A model generated the notes under the pieces. The model was given only the letters and a program-made list of their open reading frames with translations, did no database searches and was not told where the DNA came from. A stretch of DNA of 38,039 nt from Octopus bimaculoides (lineage: Eukaryota): NCBI RefSeq assembly GCF_001194135.2, contig NC_068983.1, positions 116,819,223 through 116,857,261 on the forward strand, in the 5' to 3' direction. Positions 24,346-37,505 of the stretch are shown piece by piece; within the stretch, counting starts at the first letter, position 1; each line of letters starts with the position of its first letter. Both the position numbers and the translations under genes were made by a program.

Positions 24346-24852
24346 TATATATNNNNNNNNNNNNNNNNNNNNNNNNNNNNNNNNNNNNNNTATATATATA
24401 TATATTTATTTATTTATATTTATATAAGGGCATTACTATAGAAGAATGCCTCACGCTAAGCTACTATAATAAACACATTTTTACCGAAAGCGAGATGCGT
24501 TTCACTAGCATATATCAGGGTGTTGTGCAAGAATTACTGCATAGATAATTGCGTAATTACATTGAAATGCCAGGTCTGTAGAAGAAAATAATAATTTGAT
24601 ACATTGTTATTTACGAACCTCTGTCAGTACTCATTTAGCTTTAACTCCCTACTGAGACTGGTAAATAGCATTGTTTTAAATTGATATTTTCTTATAAAGA
24701 ACAGAGCTTTCAATGTCGTTGTACAGTCTTCTGCATGTAGGCAAAAGTAAGATTCTTCATATTTTCTGTAATTTGGTATTTTGACTTTTGTTCCAAGTAA
24801 AAGATTGTACAATTATGTTAATATGTTTTATGAATGTAAGAATAATCAAAAT

Positions 24853-25619
24853 TTGCAACTGCAGAGAAATGAGGTTAAAACATATTAAATTAAAACCAGC
24901 TCTCTCTAAATGTCTGTCCAAGTTACAGCTGTTCAATTATAACATAAGCTGTTACTTCTTCAAGTTCACGAGATTCTTTGAATTGAAGAAGGAAATGCGT
25001 ACACCTGGATGAGTTGCACAGAGACATGTCTGGTAGATATAAGGATATTTATTTTTCAGTAAGATATAAGTCTGGGTAATTCCTAAATATCAATAATAAA
25101 GAAATAAAAATTTTGGAGGAAGAACTGGTTTCACTTTAAAATGGCATTCAGCTGAGGCCAAAATTCAAAAAGCTATATCAGAAATTTTGATTGCAAAAGG
25201 AGAGTTCAGACTATAGAATAAAGTTAAGGCACACTTTATTGCATTCCCAACATCATAACTTTTAGAGCAGGGCTTCAGTGTAGTTGCACAGACTTTTTCT
25301 AAGCAAAGAGACTGAAAATTATTTAACGCTGGGAAATAAGACTACTTCTCAGTACCTTTCAGTGAAATGTCGAGAAGCTGATATCCCTGCTCAATGTACA
25401 TTTACGGCATTGAAAATTAAAAAAACAACGTAGTTAGAGGCAGGATGTAAATTTAGTCTTTGATATCGCAAAAACAACCAAATAATGTGATAATTAAGTT
25501 AAGCTTTATTTGTGAAATACAATCGCTTTGAATTTGCTGTCGAAAGAGGTCGATATTTGTGGTAGTGAGTGGGGATGCTAGGTGTGTAGTTTTGGTACAA
25601 AAACGTTTGCGAGCCACTG
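24853..25619 (+). mobile_element. hAT (Buster/Charlie-type) transposon 3' remnant
   Basis: Decayed C-terminal transposase (HLDELHRDMSGRYKD; dimerisation motif FIAFPTS*LLEQGFSVVAQTFSKQR near 25235). The terminus ...GTTTGCGAGCCACTG (reverse CAGTGGCTCGCAAAC) is followed by CTGTAAAC, an NNNTANNN Buster-type target site. The left end was not found. Confidence 0.8.
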
Positions 25620-27421
25620 CTGTAAACCATTCCGTTCTGTAGTAAATTTTGGTTTGGACAGTCAGAACGCAGCTTCAGAATATGATCAAGCAAGTCACCT
25701 GCGTGTTGATATAGTAGCTATGCTATACTGTTGTCTAATAACAACACCTATCCTCTCCTAAATTTGAGTGCATGAAATAAGGAAAGCATAAAAGTGGACA
25801 ACGAGAGTTATTTAGCGTGAAGTATTGTATTTAAAAGTAATCTTTAAAATTAACGAGTCGTATTCTTACTGTCTCATCATTCCATGTTTTAATCATAATT
25901 GTATCCATATTCTAAGAAAATAGAAATCGTTTTTCATTTAAATGTAATCTATATTCCGTTATTCATGTAATGTTTCTAATTCATTTGTCAATTCAAACTG
26001 AATCATGCAACTCTGTTAACTATGTAAAAATATTAAATTTATTTTGTGATAATGTTGGACGTTCAGTGAAAATTGAAAAAATATATACCTGAAAGCATTA
26101 TTACATAAACGATATTTAATAAATGAAATGAAATATTCCTCTAAAGGTTTAGTTGTTATAGATTGCAAATATTTTGTAGTGTAGACTTTTTCCTGTACCA
26201 ATGAAATGAATAACTATCAATCACTACATTATTGTGGGTGGACATAAAATTACTGTGCGCGCATTTATCCGTTTATAAAAACGTTTGCTCATATACACGA
26301 ACACAGTTTACAAGGAAATTGCTGTTAAAATGTATTTTTACTTACTCAACAACGTAATATTTAAATGAGGAAAATATGTTTTCTTATCACCGCTAATGAT
26401 TTTTGCTTGAGTCAAGTTGAATAAAATAAACTACGAGCTCGTACTTCAGTGATTATTTCATCAGCGTATCTGTACAGAGAAAATGCGATATGCGAAGATG
26501 TAGGGATAGTCAGTTTTCCTAATGATGGTTGAAAAAATAACATGCAATTACTAATATTTTACGCTCTTCCTAAATCTGAACAAAAGAATCCATTATGTAT
26601 CCATATTTACCAATCTTAGTTTCGTATTTGTGTTTCTTTTTTTTAGCAATATGTAGATTTGGCCTTTGTTTAACTTCAGTGGAGTTCACACTCTTTTCCA
26701 CTACCTGTGATTTTCATTCTGATTAAGTTTAAACTCATCATCATTTACTCACTAGCAGGCCACTGATCCTTTTTATTTTTGAGGCACAAATCTCTCTTTA
26801 CTCTGTTTCATTCACCTCGGCTGTTCATGTAACTTCACATTGAAGGGCATCTGGGTGATAATCTAAATTCCATTCTTCGTATATAATTTGTAAAATTATT
26901 AAATCAATATCAATGTTTCTAAACCCTAATAATTTCATCTTCTGGAAAATTTTTTCTTCATTCCCCTGACCAGTCCTTTATTCTACACAAGGTCAATGTG
27001 ACTTGTTTAGACATTACCGCTGGAAATTTAAACTCTTTTAGCGGACGAGACACTTACCATGGACACAGATTGAAATATGAGCTGAATGCATTAATGAAAC
27101 ATTCTCTGCGTTATATATCTGACGCAATTTTTCCAGATATATGATAAATATAATCATTTATATATATATGATAAATATAATTATTAATTATTTTATCTTA
27201 TAGACATAGCGTGGGTATTCGTAAAAAATTCACTTTACAATCAAAATATCTCCGTTCTGTGACTAGAGAACTTTAAGCATAGCTTCAGTGCTTTCCATGT
27301 TTACGAAAGAAATTAAACGATAACGGAATGGGGGTCCGTTCGATGGAATGTAAACACAATTTAGAAGTTCAGCCTTATGACACTGTTTCACGCTCTCTCC
27401 GCTTGAAAATTGCGTTTATGG

Positions 27422-27505
27422 GTTTGACTGTTTATATACTAATTCCATGAGTGTTTGACTGTTTATATACAGAATGTTTGACTGTTTATATACTAATTCC
27501 ATGAG
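27422..27505. repeat. Short tandem triplication, core GTTTGACTGTTTATATAC
   Basis: Three copies; the first and third continue TAATTCCATGAG. Confidence 0.9.
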
Positions 27506-28719
27506 CCAGTATTTCATTGAATGAAAAACTGAATACTCATCATCAAAACCGACGGACATCTATTTCTCTTTCCATTAGTTTATGCAGCTAATCTCATGTA
27601 CAGACATAGTTTCTTGGGCAGAATTTAATGTGCCTAGTGCAATGGTTTCAAAGCCCAAGTCGTAGCACAGCTAAGTATGATTAGTTAATGGAATGTAATG
27701 TCACTAACCCAGTGTTTTAATATTTTAATGAGAAAAAGTATATTTTCTTATTGTAAACGTTGAAATTTTCAGTGATAAGATTAATATAAACACATTTTTA
27801 TTTAACACTTCTTACATTAGCATATCAATACACTGAAAATACAGTAAATAATAGAACGGATATAATTACCATAGATTCCATTAAGTTGCTTGATCAAATA
27901 ACCTAACAGAGCACTTTCTTCACTTCAAACATAATATTAATACTTTAGCTACTCGAACCAAAATAAACAATTGTATATCTATAATTGTGGAAGATAGTAT
28001 TTTTTATACACATTCGTAGATTATATTTATATTTCCGTATATAGTTTCGTTATATTGACAAGTGTTTTGTGATTCATGAGAATACATATTTTTAATTAAA
28101 TCATGACTATTCAAAATAAATGTACACATATATTATATATAAGTATGACTGCAGACGACACAATACACACACTCCAGCACGCAAGCAGACAGACATACAG
28201 ACAGACACACATATGTTATACATAGTCAACTGTACATATATACGTACATTACTATTAAAGAACACCTAGTAAAAACCAAGAACACTGGAGTGCACGTACT
28301 ACTGAAATTACTAGATGAAAGTAGAAAACAAGGCTTGAAGAAAACATCAACAATCTGCGCCACCATATTCGAAGGCTAACTCTACTTATAAAAATGTATG
28401 GAGGAAAACGACTTCACACCTCAACAACCACATCTTATACCAGAAATAACAAAACTGTACAGCGAATTTACCTGCTATGCTCTTAACTGAAGGCTAATTG
28501 CTTTAAAGCATAAACTTTGAACAATGAGCGAGAATTTTCGCTACCTTAAAACATATATCTGATCGGGCTAGTAGAAATCAAATTTTGTTTCCGATCTACA
28601 GGCTTTTAAGGGGAGATGGAGAAGGAAAACCTGACTGTACCAAACTCCTTCTTGGTAATACTTTGAATCATTCTGGTCTAAGAACTGGACGAGGAAAGAG
28701 GTTTCAACCGGATTGCATG

Positions 28720-29230
28720 ATGGCTAAATACATTTAGGAAAGAATAAAATGAAGTAAAATATACAAACTCTGAAACGTCGACCTTAGCTATAGGCAAACT
28801 CTATAGTGAGGAAACGCCTAAAAGAGACGTATTAATTGGATACTGGTGCAAGAAACTGTCCTTCAATAGATAGTCAGTCTTTAATATGTAAATGCAAGAG
28901 AATTATGGATAGTCAGATTCACATAACATGCTGGCTTGCTACATACAGCACTGAAGAATCTTGTAGCCAAGAATAAATCCATCGAGTTGGCAGAAAACTG
29001 TAAGTCCATTACTTGCCTAAATATTATGTACATGCTCTACCAAAGCCGTCTCAACCAACTCTCTGGAACCATTGTGAACAGGTTTAGATAAATAAACTGT
29101 GATTCCAGAAGTAAAAAAAAAACATTGAGCAGAGAACTTTTGATAGAGAACTTTTTATAGGAAAGTATTTGACTCTATTTCCCACCGATGGTTACTGAAG
29201 CCTGTGTACTTGGCAAAAGTTTTTGCTATC
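28720..29230 (+). mobile_element. Old R4/Dong-like RT fragment
   Basis: Decayed motifs GYWCKKL (about 28857), NCKSITCLNIMYMLY (about 28996; cf. NYRPITCLxxxYK) and a frameshifted K..FDS..H.WL (about 29162). Confidence 0.5.
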
Positions 29231-31111
29231 ATAGTTGCTCCGATTGAGAGGCTCACAAAGCGACATTAGCAATTGAGAACAGGACGACCGTCTCTGATTT
29301 TATAATTATTTTAAAGAGAATAATCCAATGAATGTCCATTCTATTAGTTTAGCATTTAATTTGTTATCATTTCATTTACAAACACCCAATGCCTACAAAC
29401 TATGGTCTTAAATTGTAAGAGATAACAGTGTAAGCCATAACTTCATTGAGCATGTCTGATGATCAATGCAAAATACATTTACAATGCCAAGAAACAATTG
29501 GAGTTAATAATATTTTCAGCTAACAAAGGAATGGAATTTAGTTTACATACTGGCATTTGATTGTTGAACGTGGAAAATCAGTTCTCCAGAATCTATGCAC
29601 CAATGGTTCTTCCCTCTGTCCTTTTCTACGCAAAGAATGCTAGAAATACTTAGGCATACGAAAGCGTTGTGAATAAAGATAAACTGACCCAAGAATGTTA
29701 CATCAGACTTGGAAAAACATGGCAGTCCAAGCTTTCTTTTTTGAAGACAATATCCCGCAATGTGTTTGTAAGATACATAATGTGAGTGAGTCAAGGGCTG
29801 TGTTGTCATATGCATATATCCAAAGATGTATGTATATTTATGCATGTACGTATACATGACAACAAACCTCTCTCTCTCACTCACACTCTGTCTCTTACAA
29901 ACACACACATACATAAATGTATACAAACATATTTACAAAGACACACGTGTGTATGCGTGCGCGCGTGCGTGCGTGCGTGGGGGGGGGCTCCNNNNNNNNN
30001 NNNNNNNNNNNNNNNNNNNNNNNNNNNNNNNNNNNNNNNNNNNNNNNNNNNNNNNNNNNNNNNNNNNNNNNNNNNNNNNNNNNNNNNNNNNNNNNNNNNN
30101 NNNNNNNNNNNNNNNNNNNNNNNNNNNNNNNNNNNNNNNNNNNNNNNNNNNNNNNNNNNNNNNNNNNNNNNNNNNNNNNNNNNNNNNNNNNNNNNNNNNN
30201 NNNNNNNNNNNNNNNNNNNNNNNNNNNNNNNNNNNNNNNNNNNNNNNNNNNNNNNNNNNNNNNNNNNNNNNNNNNNNNNNNNNNNNNNNNNNNNNNNNNN
30301 NNNNNNNNNNNNNNNNNNNNNNNNNNNNNNNNNNNNNNNNNNNNNNNNNNNNNNNNNNNNNNNNNNNNNNNNNNNNNNNNNNNNNNNNNNNNNNNNNNNN
30401 NNNNNNNNNNNNNNNNNNNNNNNNNNNNNNNNNNNNNNNNNNNNNNNNNNNNNNNNNNNNNNNNNNNNNNNNNNNNNNNNNNNNNNNNNNNNNNNNNNNN
30501 NNNNNCAAGATCCCGTTTCAAACTTAAGGTAAAAATATATATATATCTTCTGCTATCTTCAGCAACGTTACTCCGTAGCCTAAATTCCCGAGTATCTACA
30601 CATACGTATACGAGCAGCGACTTCGTACAGCAATATATATTCACACTCGTAAATATATACAGTAAAGTAGAATTCCCATCTTTCTTTTCAGCCGCGTGAA
30701 ATAATATCAAAATAACTCTGCAGTGAATGCAGCTTTGATGAAGGAGTAAACTTTTCAAATATCAATTATAATAAAGGGTAAAAATCATTAATGATTTTAC
30801 CAAGGGGTCAGCGCAGAAATAAAAACCTTATAGGTGAATTTTACAAATATTATAGTAACTTTGCTGAAGATAGAACTAGGTATTATTATTTTTTTTTACT
30901 CTAAGCTTGAAACAGGATCTTGTACAGGTTTAGCCAAAAGTTTAATTCATTATCTTTCTTTTGCTTGACTACAGCCCCTATTTTATTTTTGGGAGTTTTT
31001 GAGGTGGTATTAGCGTCTTTTGGCGTCTATTTCTAGCGCGTGGAGAGGTTTATAAACAATCCTTGTTATAATTATGTATATAATTATTATAATACACACA
31101 CACATGTATAC

Positions 31112-31150
<39 letters not shown>

Positions 31151-31153
<3 letters not shown>

Positions 31154-31196
31154 GACGAGCTTCTATTCAGTTTCTGTCTACCATATCCACTCACAC
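31151..31196 (-). mobile_element. SINE family C internal fragment
   Basis: Minus strand GTGAGTGGATATGGTAGACAGAAACTGAATAGAAGCTCGTCGTATATAT, recognised from memory as the segment preceding the internal microsatellite of this family. Confidence 0.45.
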
Positions 31197-31521
31197 ATTG
31201 CATAACATTTCTTATCAAAACTTCTACCGAATGCTAATATACAAGGGCGGAAATAATTGCTTACGACAGATGAGAAATCGTAGGTCATAGAAGTCAGATG
31301 CCTTTCTGATATGAATATGCCTTCAAAAATCAAAGAGAACAAAGGTAATGAACATTTGCTTCGAAAACTTTAGCTTTGTTCCATTGAATATTAATTAACG
31401 TTTATATATTTAAAAAAAAAATTGCTGCATTTAGATCAACCCAAACCATTCCTTATTCTCTCTTCTCTTTTTAGCTCCATCTCTTCATATGTGTGCATGT
31501 GTGTGTGTGTGTGTGTGTGTG

Positions 31522-31552
<31 letters not shown>

Positions 31553-31941
31553 GGGTATATATTCTTACTGATAAACATGTTTACTTTTTCTCCACATATT
31601 ATACTCATCATTATCCACATCATGGAATTAATCTTATTTTTATTGTTGGAGGAGTCCTTGGAATTCATCTTCCACATATCTGATTTCTCATTGGTAATGT
31701 TTACCTGCATATATCCTTAAACATATTTCTTTTACCAAATGAATTGCGCTTCATGTTTGAAGCTGTGATGAAATTGTAAGATGTTACTCAGGCACTAAAC
31801 TATGAGTCCATCACATCTTATAGTGGAAAAAGCGGTAAGTTAATGAAGTTCATAAGGTAACCTTTTATTCTTTTGTCATTTCTTTTCTTGTATACACGCA
31901 CACACACACATATGTTTATATATGTATATATATATATTTGC

Positions 31942-31974
<33 letters not shown>

Positions 31975-32047
31975 TGTGTGTGTTTGTGTGTGTGTGTGTG
32001 TGTGTGTATGTGTGCCTCTATTGAAATATGCTTCTGTTTCGTTGTAG

Positions 32048-32127
32048 CTTTACTTTAATATTGCTGTTGGATACCTTCATCATAAAGAATATAAATCTGC
32101 GAAGAATTACTTTTCTGAGACTGTAAG
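32048..32127 (+). CDS. TMTC4: TMTC4-like internal exon D (80 nt, first TPR)
   Basis: Acceptor ttcgttgtAG and donor AG|GTaaga. Translates LYFNIAVGYLHHKEYKSAKNYFSETV(R), colinear without gaps with TMTC4 VHYNIGKNLADKGNQTAAIRYYREAVR. Phase 0 start matches exon C. Confidence 0.83.
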
Positions 32128-33240
32128 GTAAGAAACCAAACTACTCATGCGTAAAAGTTTGTGCATCCCAAGCTCCGATCAGTCAGATAAAACTCAAATT
32201 TTTTAAAATTAACAACACATGCATTAATGTGGTATTTAAAGCCCGAACATTTTGGATGCTGTTGTTTCGTGCCCATTACTAAACAGAACTTTTCCTGACA
32301 TTCCCTTTTCAAGCACGGATTCATTGTATTCCAGTTATTTAAGTTTGGAAGCTAACTTCCCTTGAATACATTATGATTCTCTGTTAATGGATGTCTAATG
32401 AATATATTGGTTTATCGTTTCGAAAGTTTACACATTCCGTATTATATAAATTTAGTTCACTCAACATTATCTTAGAAGAAATTTTCAGAATGAAAATTTG
32501 CATTAACCACTTTAATTTGAAACTCAATTTTTAACTTTGGTTTCTGCTATTGTCTTGAACAAACATACAAGGCTGTGATGAAAACCAATAAGATAATTGA
32601 ATATTTTCAGAAAATAGAATGTATTTGTCGAAAACTCTGAATAAAACATGAATTTTTATTTAGTAAGTTACTGACATTTATTTTAATAAAAAACACATTT
32701 ATTTCAGGGATATTTGTTTAAATTGTTACCTAATAACGAATTAAGAAATACAAATTTTGTCTAGAATCTTTGATTTTCTAATAGAATATTTACATTGAAT
32801 TTAAATTACTTGTATTTGCACAACTGAAGAAGAAACTAGACAAATATTTCCAGAGATATTTTCCTTTACATGTGGAAGAATTATGATTATGTGATTATAA
32901 TACAAAATACCAAGTCTTCTCATTTTTTGTTGTTAGTTTGTTAAATTTTACTCTAAAATATGTCTTTAAACATATCTTATTTAGGCTTGTTATATCTGTT
33001 ATAATATTTGTTCTAACGTGGAATTTGTGTTATCTTTATATTAAAAAAATGTAATTTTATAACTTATCCAGTTACTCATGAACAATAGGCCAATAAAACT
33101 CTCCAAATCGCAGTATATCATAGCCCGTACGGGTATAAATAATCTCTACTTGTTTTCTGACATTTATCTGCCTTCCAAAGGTTACTTTCCTCTTTAGTGG
33201 CAAAACATACTACTTCACCTCTTGTACAGTACTGTTGCTA

Positions 33241-33398
33241 CGAATTTCGGGAGAGACAGTAAGTCGATTACATCGACCCCAGTACTCAACTGATGCTTAT
33301 TTTATTGACTGCGAAATTTCAACTCAAAACGTAAAGACGGACAAAATGCTGCCAAGCATTTTCCCGGCAGGCTAAAGATTTTGCCAGCCCTTCGCCTT
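33241..33398 (-). mobile_element. SINE family B copy with internal deletion
   Basis: Reverse complement starts AAGGCGAAGGGCTGGCAAAATCTTTAGC and contains ACTGGGGTCGATGTAATCGAC. Confidence 0.7.
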
Positions 33399-34104
33399 AG
33401 TGGTAGTGGTAATATCAAAAAAATGTGAGTTACGCTGACATGTATATATAAATGTAATGCCAAAAAGAAAATGCGTTTTCTTGAACTGTAAGGGAACGCA
33501 TAATTAGAACGTAAAAGCATATCTCAAAAATAATAAATGAACGAAGACTAAATAAGGCATATCCTAAATAATATTGTGTAGTGTTTGTCGAGCACAATAA
33601 CATTTAAATGCACTCATCAAGAAATAAAATCGTCAAAGTTTTCAGGCCACCATACTGCATGTGAAATGTGGCTTATTTAATATAGCATTATATTTTATTC
33701 TCAGAAGCGATTGTAGAAGAAATGATGTGGGAATAGGAATGCAGTGTCAATATCTAAGGAAATGTATACTCGAGGGCCTCCGTAAAACATTTCCTAGGAG
33801 CTGGTCAACATAGCATCTAGAAATGGGAGGGTTGACTTCAGAATAAACTTGTTCCATTACAGGTTGATAAGAACAGAATATTAGATACTCTGCCTATGAA
33901 ACACCTATGAATGAAAACATTGAGCTACGTGGCCGAGTCAGAACGTCCGTATGTTGTATTAGTGTCAATGAAGTATTTTGAAGACTATAACGTTCCACAA
34001 AGACAGCAGTTAAAAATAAGTTTCCTAAAATGCAACAAACTGAAATAGACTTTAAACAAAAACAAATAGTTACTATTGTTTCCTATGTGTGAAAAGTACT
34101 GTAA

Positions 34105-34133
34105 TATTATTATTATTATTATTACTATCATTG

Positions 34134-34184
<51 letters not shown>
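34105..34184. repeat. Opposed (ATT)n/(AAT)n microsatellite
   Basis: About 6 ATT units, a 9-nt spacer, then about 17 AAT units. Confidence 0.9.
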
Positions 34185-34186
<2 letters not shown>

Positions 34187-34512
34187 GGGACTTGCAAACA
34201 CAAGTGACAAAAACATGGGAAGAATGGAAACCGGTTAAGTATTCTTAGAATATTTCGATTTGCTTGAGAGGTATCCATTTGTCTTCGATAACAATGGGCT
34301 GGACGATAACAATTAGTCTCTGGCCCCTCAGAATTGCGAGCCTTGTGCCTAAATCAGAAACCAGTGGTTAACTGGCAAGATTGATGGAGCCTCGGAAAAA
34401 TGCTTTGGGGCTCGATAAAATAAAGTACCAACCAACTACTGAAGTCAATCGTGCAAAAAAATCCTATCCCCTTAAGATTGCTGATCTCCTGCATAAACTC
34501 TCATTCCCTCCC

Positions 34513-34577
34513 CCTCCTCCTCCTCCTCCTCCTCCTCCTCCTCCTCCTCCTCCTCATCATCATCATCATCATCATCA

Positions 34578-34609
<32 letters not shown>

Positions 34610-34658
34610 CACGTCGTTACTGTGGCTGTTAGTATTGTTGTTGCTGTTGTTAATGTCG

Positions 34659-34722
<64 letters not shown>
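34513..34722. repeat. Compound trinucleotide tract (CCT)14(CAT)8(CGT)n(TGT)n(TAT)20
   Basis: Read directly. Confidence 0.95.
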
Positions 34723-34723
<1 letters not shown>

Positions 34724-34727
34724 ATTA

Positions 34728-36640
34728 CGTGCTTTCACTATGCTACCGTGCGTAGCTCTGTGTGTCTTGGATATGTGCTGTGGTTCGTTGTGATGCTCTT
34801 ATTTTTACTGTATTGGAAACGTTTTACGTAGACTGTGTGCAGTGCCTGGTAGTACTCGTTTCTGTATGTGCTTTTGTTATGTATTTGTCTGAATATTTTT
34901 ATCATACCTATTACGCATACTAAGATAGGAAGTGTTTCTGATTTTAGACTCCACATTCGAGTTACCTCTATTTCCAGATGTTTGTATTTTGAAAGTTTCT
35001 CCGTTTCTTTTAGAAAAGCATTGTTATCTGTTGGTATTGATAAATCGATAGGAAAGTATTTTTCTTGATGATCTCAGACAACTATATCCGGCATACTGGT
35101 CTTAATTTCTCTATCTGTGTGTATTGGCATATCCCAGAGTATGGTTGCTTCTCCATTTTCTGGGGTCTTTTCTGGCGTGTGCCTATACCATCTTTTTTCT
35201 GTTGCTATTCCATAGTGTTGGCATAACATCCAGTGTATATAGGTCCCAACTCTGTCGTGTCTGTTAATATATTCCTTCTTAGCCAGGACTGAATCATGAT
35301 CCGTTGCTGTTCCAGTTTTAGTTTGGATGTCACTTGTTTTACAGCTTCCATTGTGTCTTCTTTTTCTTCATAGTTGTTAGGTATTATGACTTCTTTTTTT
35401 ACCTTCTCAGCTTCCTTAAAGACTAAGAACAGATTTCTGTTTCCTTCGCGTTTTGTGGCTATTTGTATTAGTTCATTTAGAGTACAGTTAAGAATATTGT
35501 AGCTGTAATTTATAACTGGGACGGCTAGAGTGTTGATACTTAATATCTTGTTTTTCGCATTGAGCTCTGTTTTCAGTTTTAATCCGACTCGTTTATAGCA
35601 TTCTTTTCTTATCTTCCCTTTCGTTTGTATGTGTTGTATCGTATCTAGTTCATTGATTCCTAAGTGTTTCTGTGTCTGGCTTTGATCTAATTCTCTTATT
35701 TCATTTGCTTTATCTAGTGTGATGTTGCTACTCTTAACTAGTTTTCCTCTTTTCAAGGCTGCTTTGGCACATTTTTCTAAGCCAAGTTTCAAGTTTATTC
35801 CTTTGGCAAATTCATGTACTGTCTGTAGTACTGTTTCCAGCTGTTTATGATTTTTTGCGTAGTTTTAGGTCATCCATATACAAGCGGTGGTTGATTGTTT
35901 TGCCGTAACAGTTGTATCCACATCCAGTTCTGTTTAGCATGTCAGATAAGGAGTGGAGAGAGCCTTGTCTCCCTGGAATATTCCTCTTCTAAAGGAGATG
36001 GCTTTCGTTGTTATGAGTCCCTCTTGTACCTGGAGCTGTAGCACTGTCTGCCATAGAACATATTATATAATCTATGATTATTGGCGCTACCTTGTTCATG
36101 GCTAGTGTTTCTGGGATCCTTGTGTGGGGAATACTATCAAAGGCTTGTCGGTAATTGATCCAGGGCATACTTAGACCTATCTTCTTTCTGCGGTTGTCTT
36201 CAGTTAGGGTTTTATTGGTCAGTAGCTGATCTTTACAGCCATATGAGCCCTTGCAGCATCCCTTCAGCTCTTCTCGAAACAGGTTGCTTTCTTCCAGAAG
36301 TTTGCTTAGTCTCTGCGATATTATTGTAGTAAAGGCTTTGTAAATTGTAGGGAGACAACTTATTGGCCTGTAATTTTGTGGGTTTGCTGTTTCAGTGGAT
36401 TTGGGAGCCATTTAGGCATTGTTTCTGGCTTTGCTAGTATTAGAATAAATTTGCTAGTATTAGAATAAATTTCGCAGCCAACTTTTTATGTGTCCCTTTA
36501 ACCAGAAGTTGGGGATCTTGTCATGCCCGGGTGCCTAGTTTTTTCAGTGACTGGGTGACCTCTTCAGTTGTTATAGGAGTCCAGATATATTGAGGTAGTG
36601 TGTTCGTTGTTTTGATTGATCTTTGCTGAGATTGTTCTTT
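34728..36640 (-). mobile_element. R4/Dong-clade non-LTR retrotransposon (RT plus restriction-like endonuclease), 5'-truncated and decayed
   Basis: Minus strand: PGHDKIPNFWLK, NYRPISCLPTIYK, KGSYGCKDQLL, AFDSIPH, INHRLYMD, MKLGLEKCAK, LKTELNAKNKILSINTLAVPV, then the RLE domain WYRHTPEK...ILWDMPIHTDREIKTSMPDIVV...IDLSIP...EKLSKYKHL. Has frameshifts, stops, deletions and an intact 3' end with an (AAT)n tail. Confidence 0.93.
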
Positions 36641-36671
36641 ATTATTATTATTATATTTATTATTATTATTG

Positions 36672-36731
<60 letters not shown>

Positions 36732-36748
36732 GTATAATTATCTTATTA

Positions 36749-36798
<50 letters not shown>

Positions 36799-36822
36799 GT
36801 TGTTGTTGTTGTTGTTGTTGTT
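36641..36822. repeat. Long (ATT)n then (GTT)8 microsatellite
   Basis: Read directly; abuts the truncated 5' end of the LINE. Confidence 0.95.
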
Positions 36823-37290
36823 AAGGCGGCGAGCTGGCAGAATCGTTAGAACGCTGGACGAAATATACTTTGCGGTAATTGGCCCGGGACTACGTTCTGA
36901 GCACAAATTCCGACGAGGTCAACTTTGCCTTTCACCCTTTCGGGGTCAATAAATTAAGTAAAAGTGCAACACTGTGGTCGATGTAATCGACTATCCCCGC
37001 TTCCCCCAAATTTCATGTCTTGTGCCTATAGTAGAACGCCGGATAAAATGCTGAGCGGCATTTCATCCATCTTTACGTTCAAATTCCACCGAAGTCGAAT
37101 TTGCCATATTTTATCTGAGTCGATAAAATAAGTAACATTCTCTCCTGATGACCCCATACACTTGCTGGATTCTGGTATGCGGAGTTTTCGACTGGTAGCC
37201 CTTGCATGGGCAATTTGTTTGCAAAACATGTCGACTTGACTCCTCTGCCAAGATTGCTGGCCTTGTACCAAAATTTGAAATTATTATTAT
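36823..37290 (+). mobile_element. SINE family B, two copies in tandem (head-intact copy plus 5'-truncated copy)
   Basis: Head AAGGCGGCGAGCTGGCAGAATCGTTAG and central GTCAATAAATTAAGTA / GTCGATAAAATAAGTA (Nin/Deu-like). The second copy starts near 37039 and ends AAAATTTGAAA(TTA)n. Confidence 0.75.
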
Positions 37291-37505
37291 TAGTATCTAT
37301 TATTTTTATCATAGCTATTATTATTGACGTTGGTGCCGTACTAATCATTATTCACTTGCCTAAAAATACATCAAACCTTTAAATCATTCAGACTCTCCAC
37401 TTGTATATTTTAATTTGCCAATAAAATATAATGCGAAATAATGCTATTCGTTACTTCCTGAATAACGGTGATAGAAATTTCATGTGAATTTAACATTTAT
37501 TGTAG

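Noticed and set aside
29992-30505. Possibility of a TMTC exon hidden in assembly gaps
   Set aside because: Splice phases match and the protein is colinear with TMTC4 across all five exons, so no constitutive exon is missing.
31788-31856. Possible extra exon with GTAAGT/GTAACC donors
   Set aside because: It has no TMTC/TPR similarity, and exons C and D already join colinearly.
34381-34831. ORFs with poly-P/H/R, poly-L/I/V and poly-N/D/E runs (also 36571-36952)
   Set aside because: They are translations of trinucleotide microsatellites.
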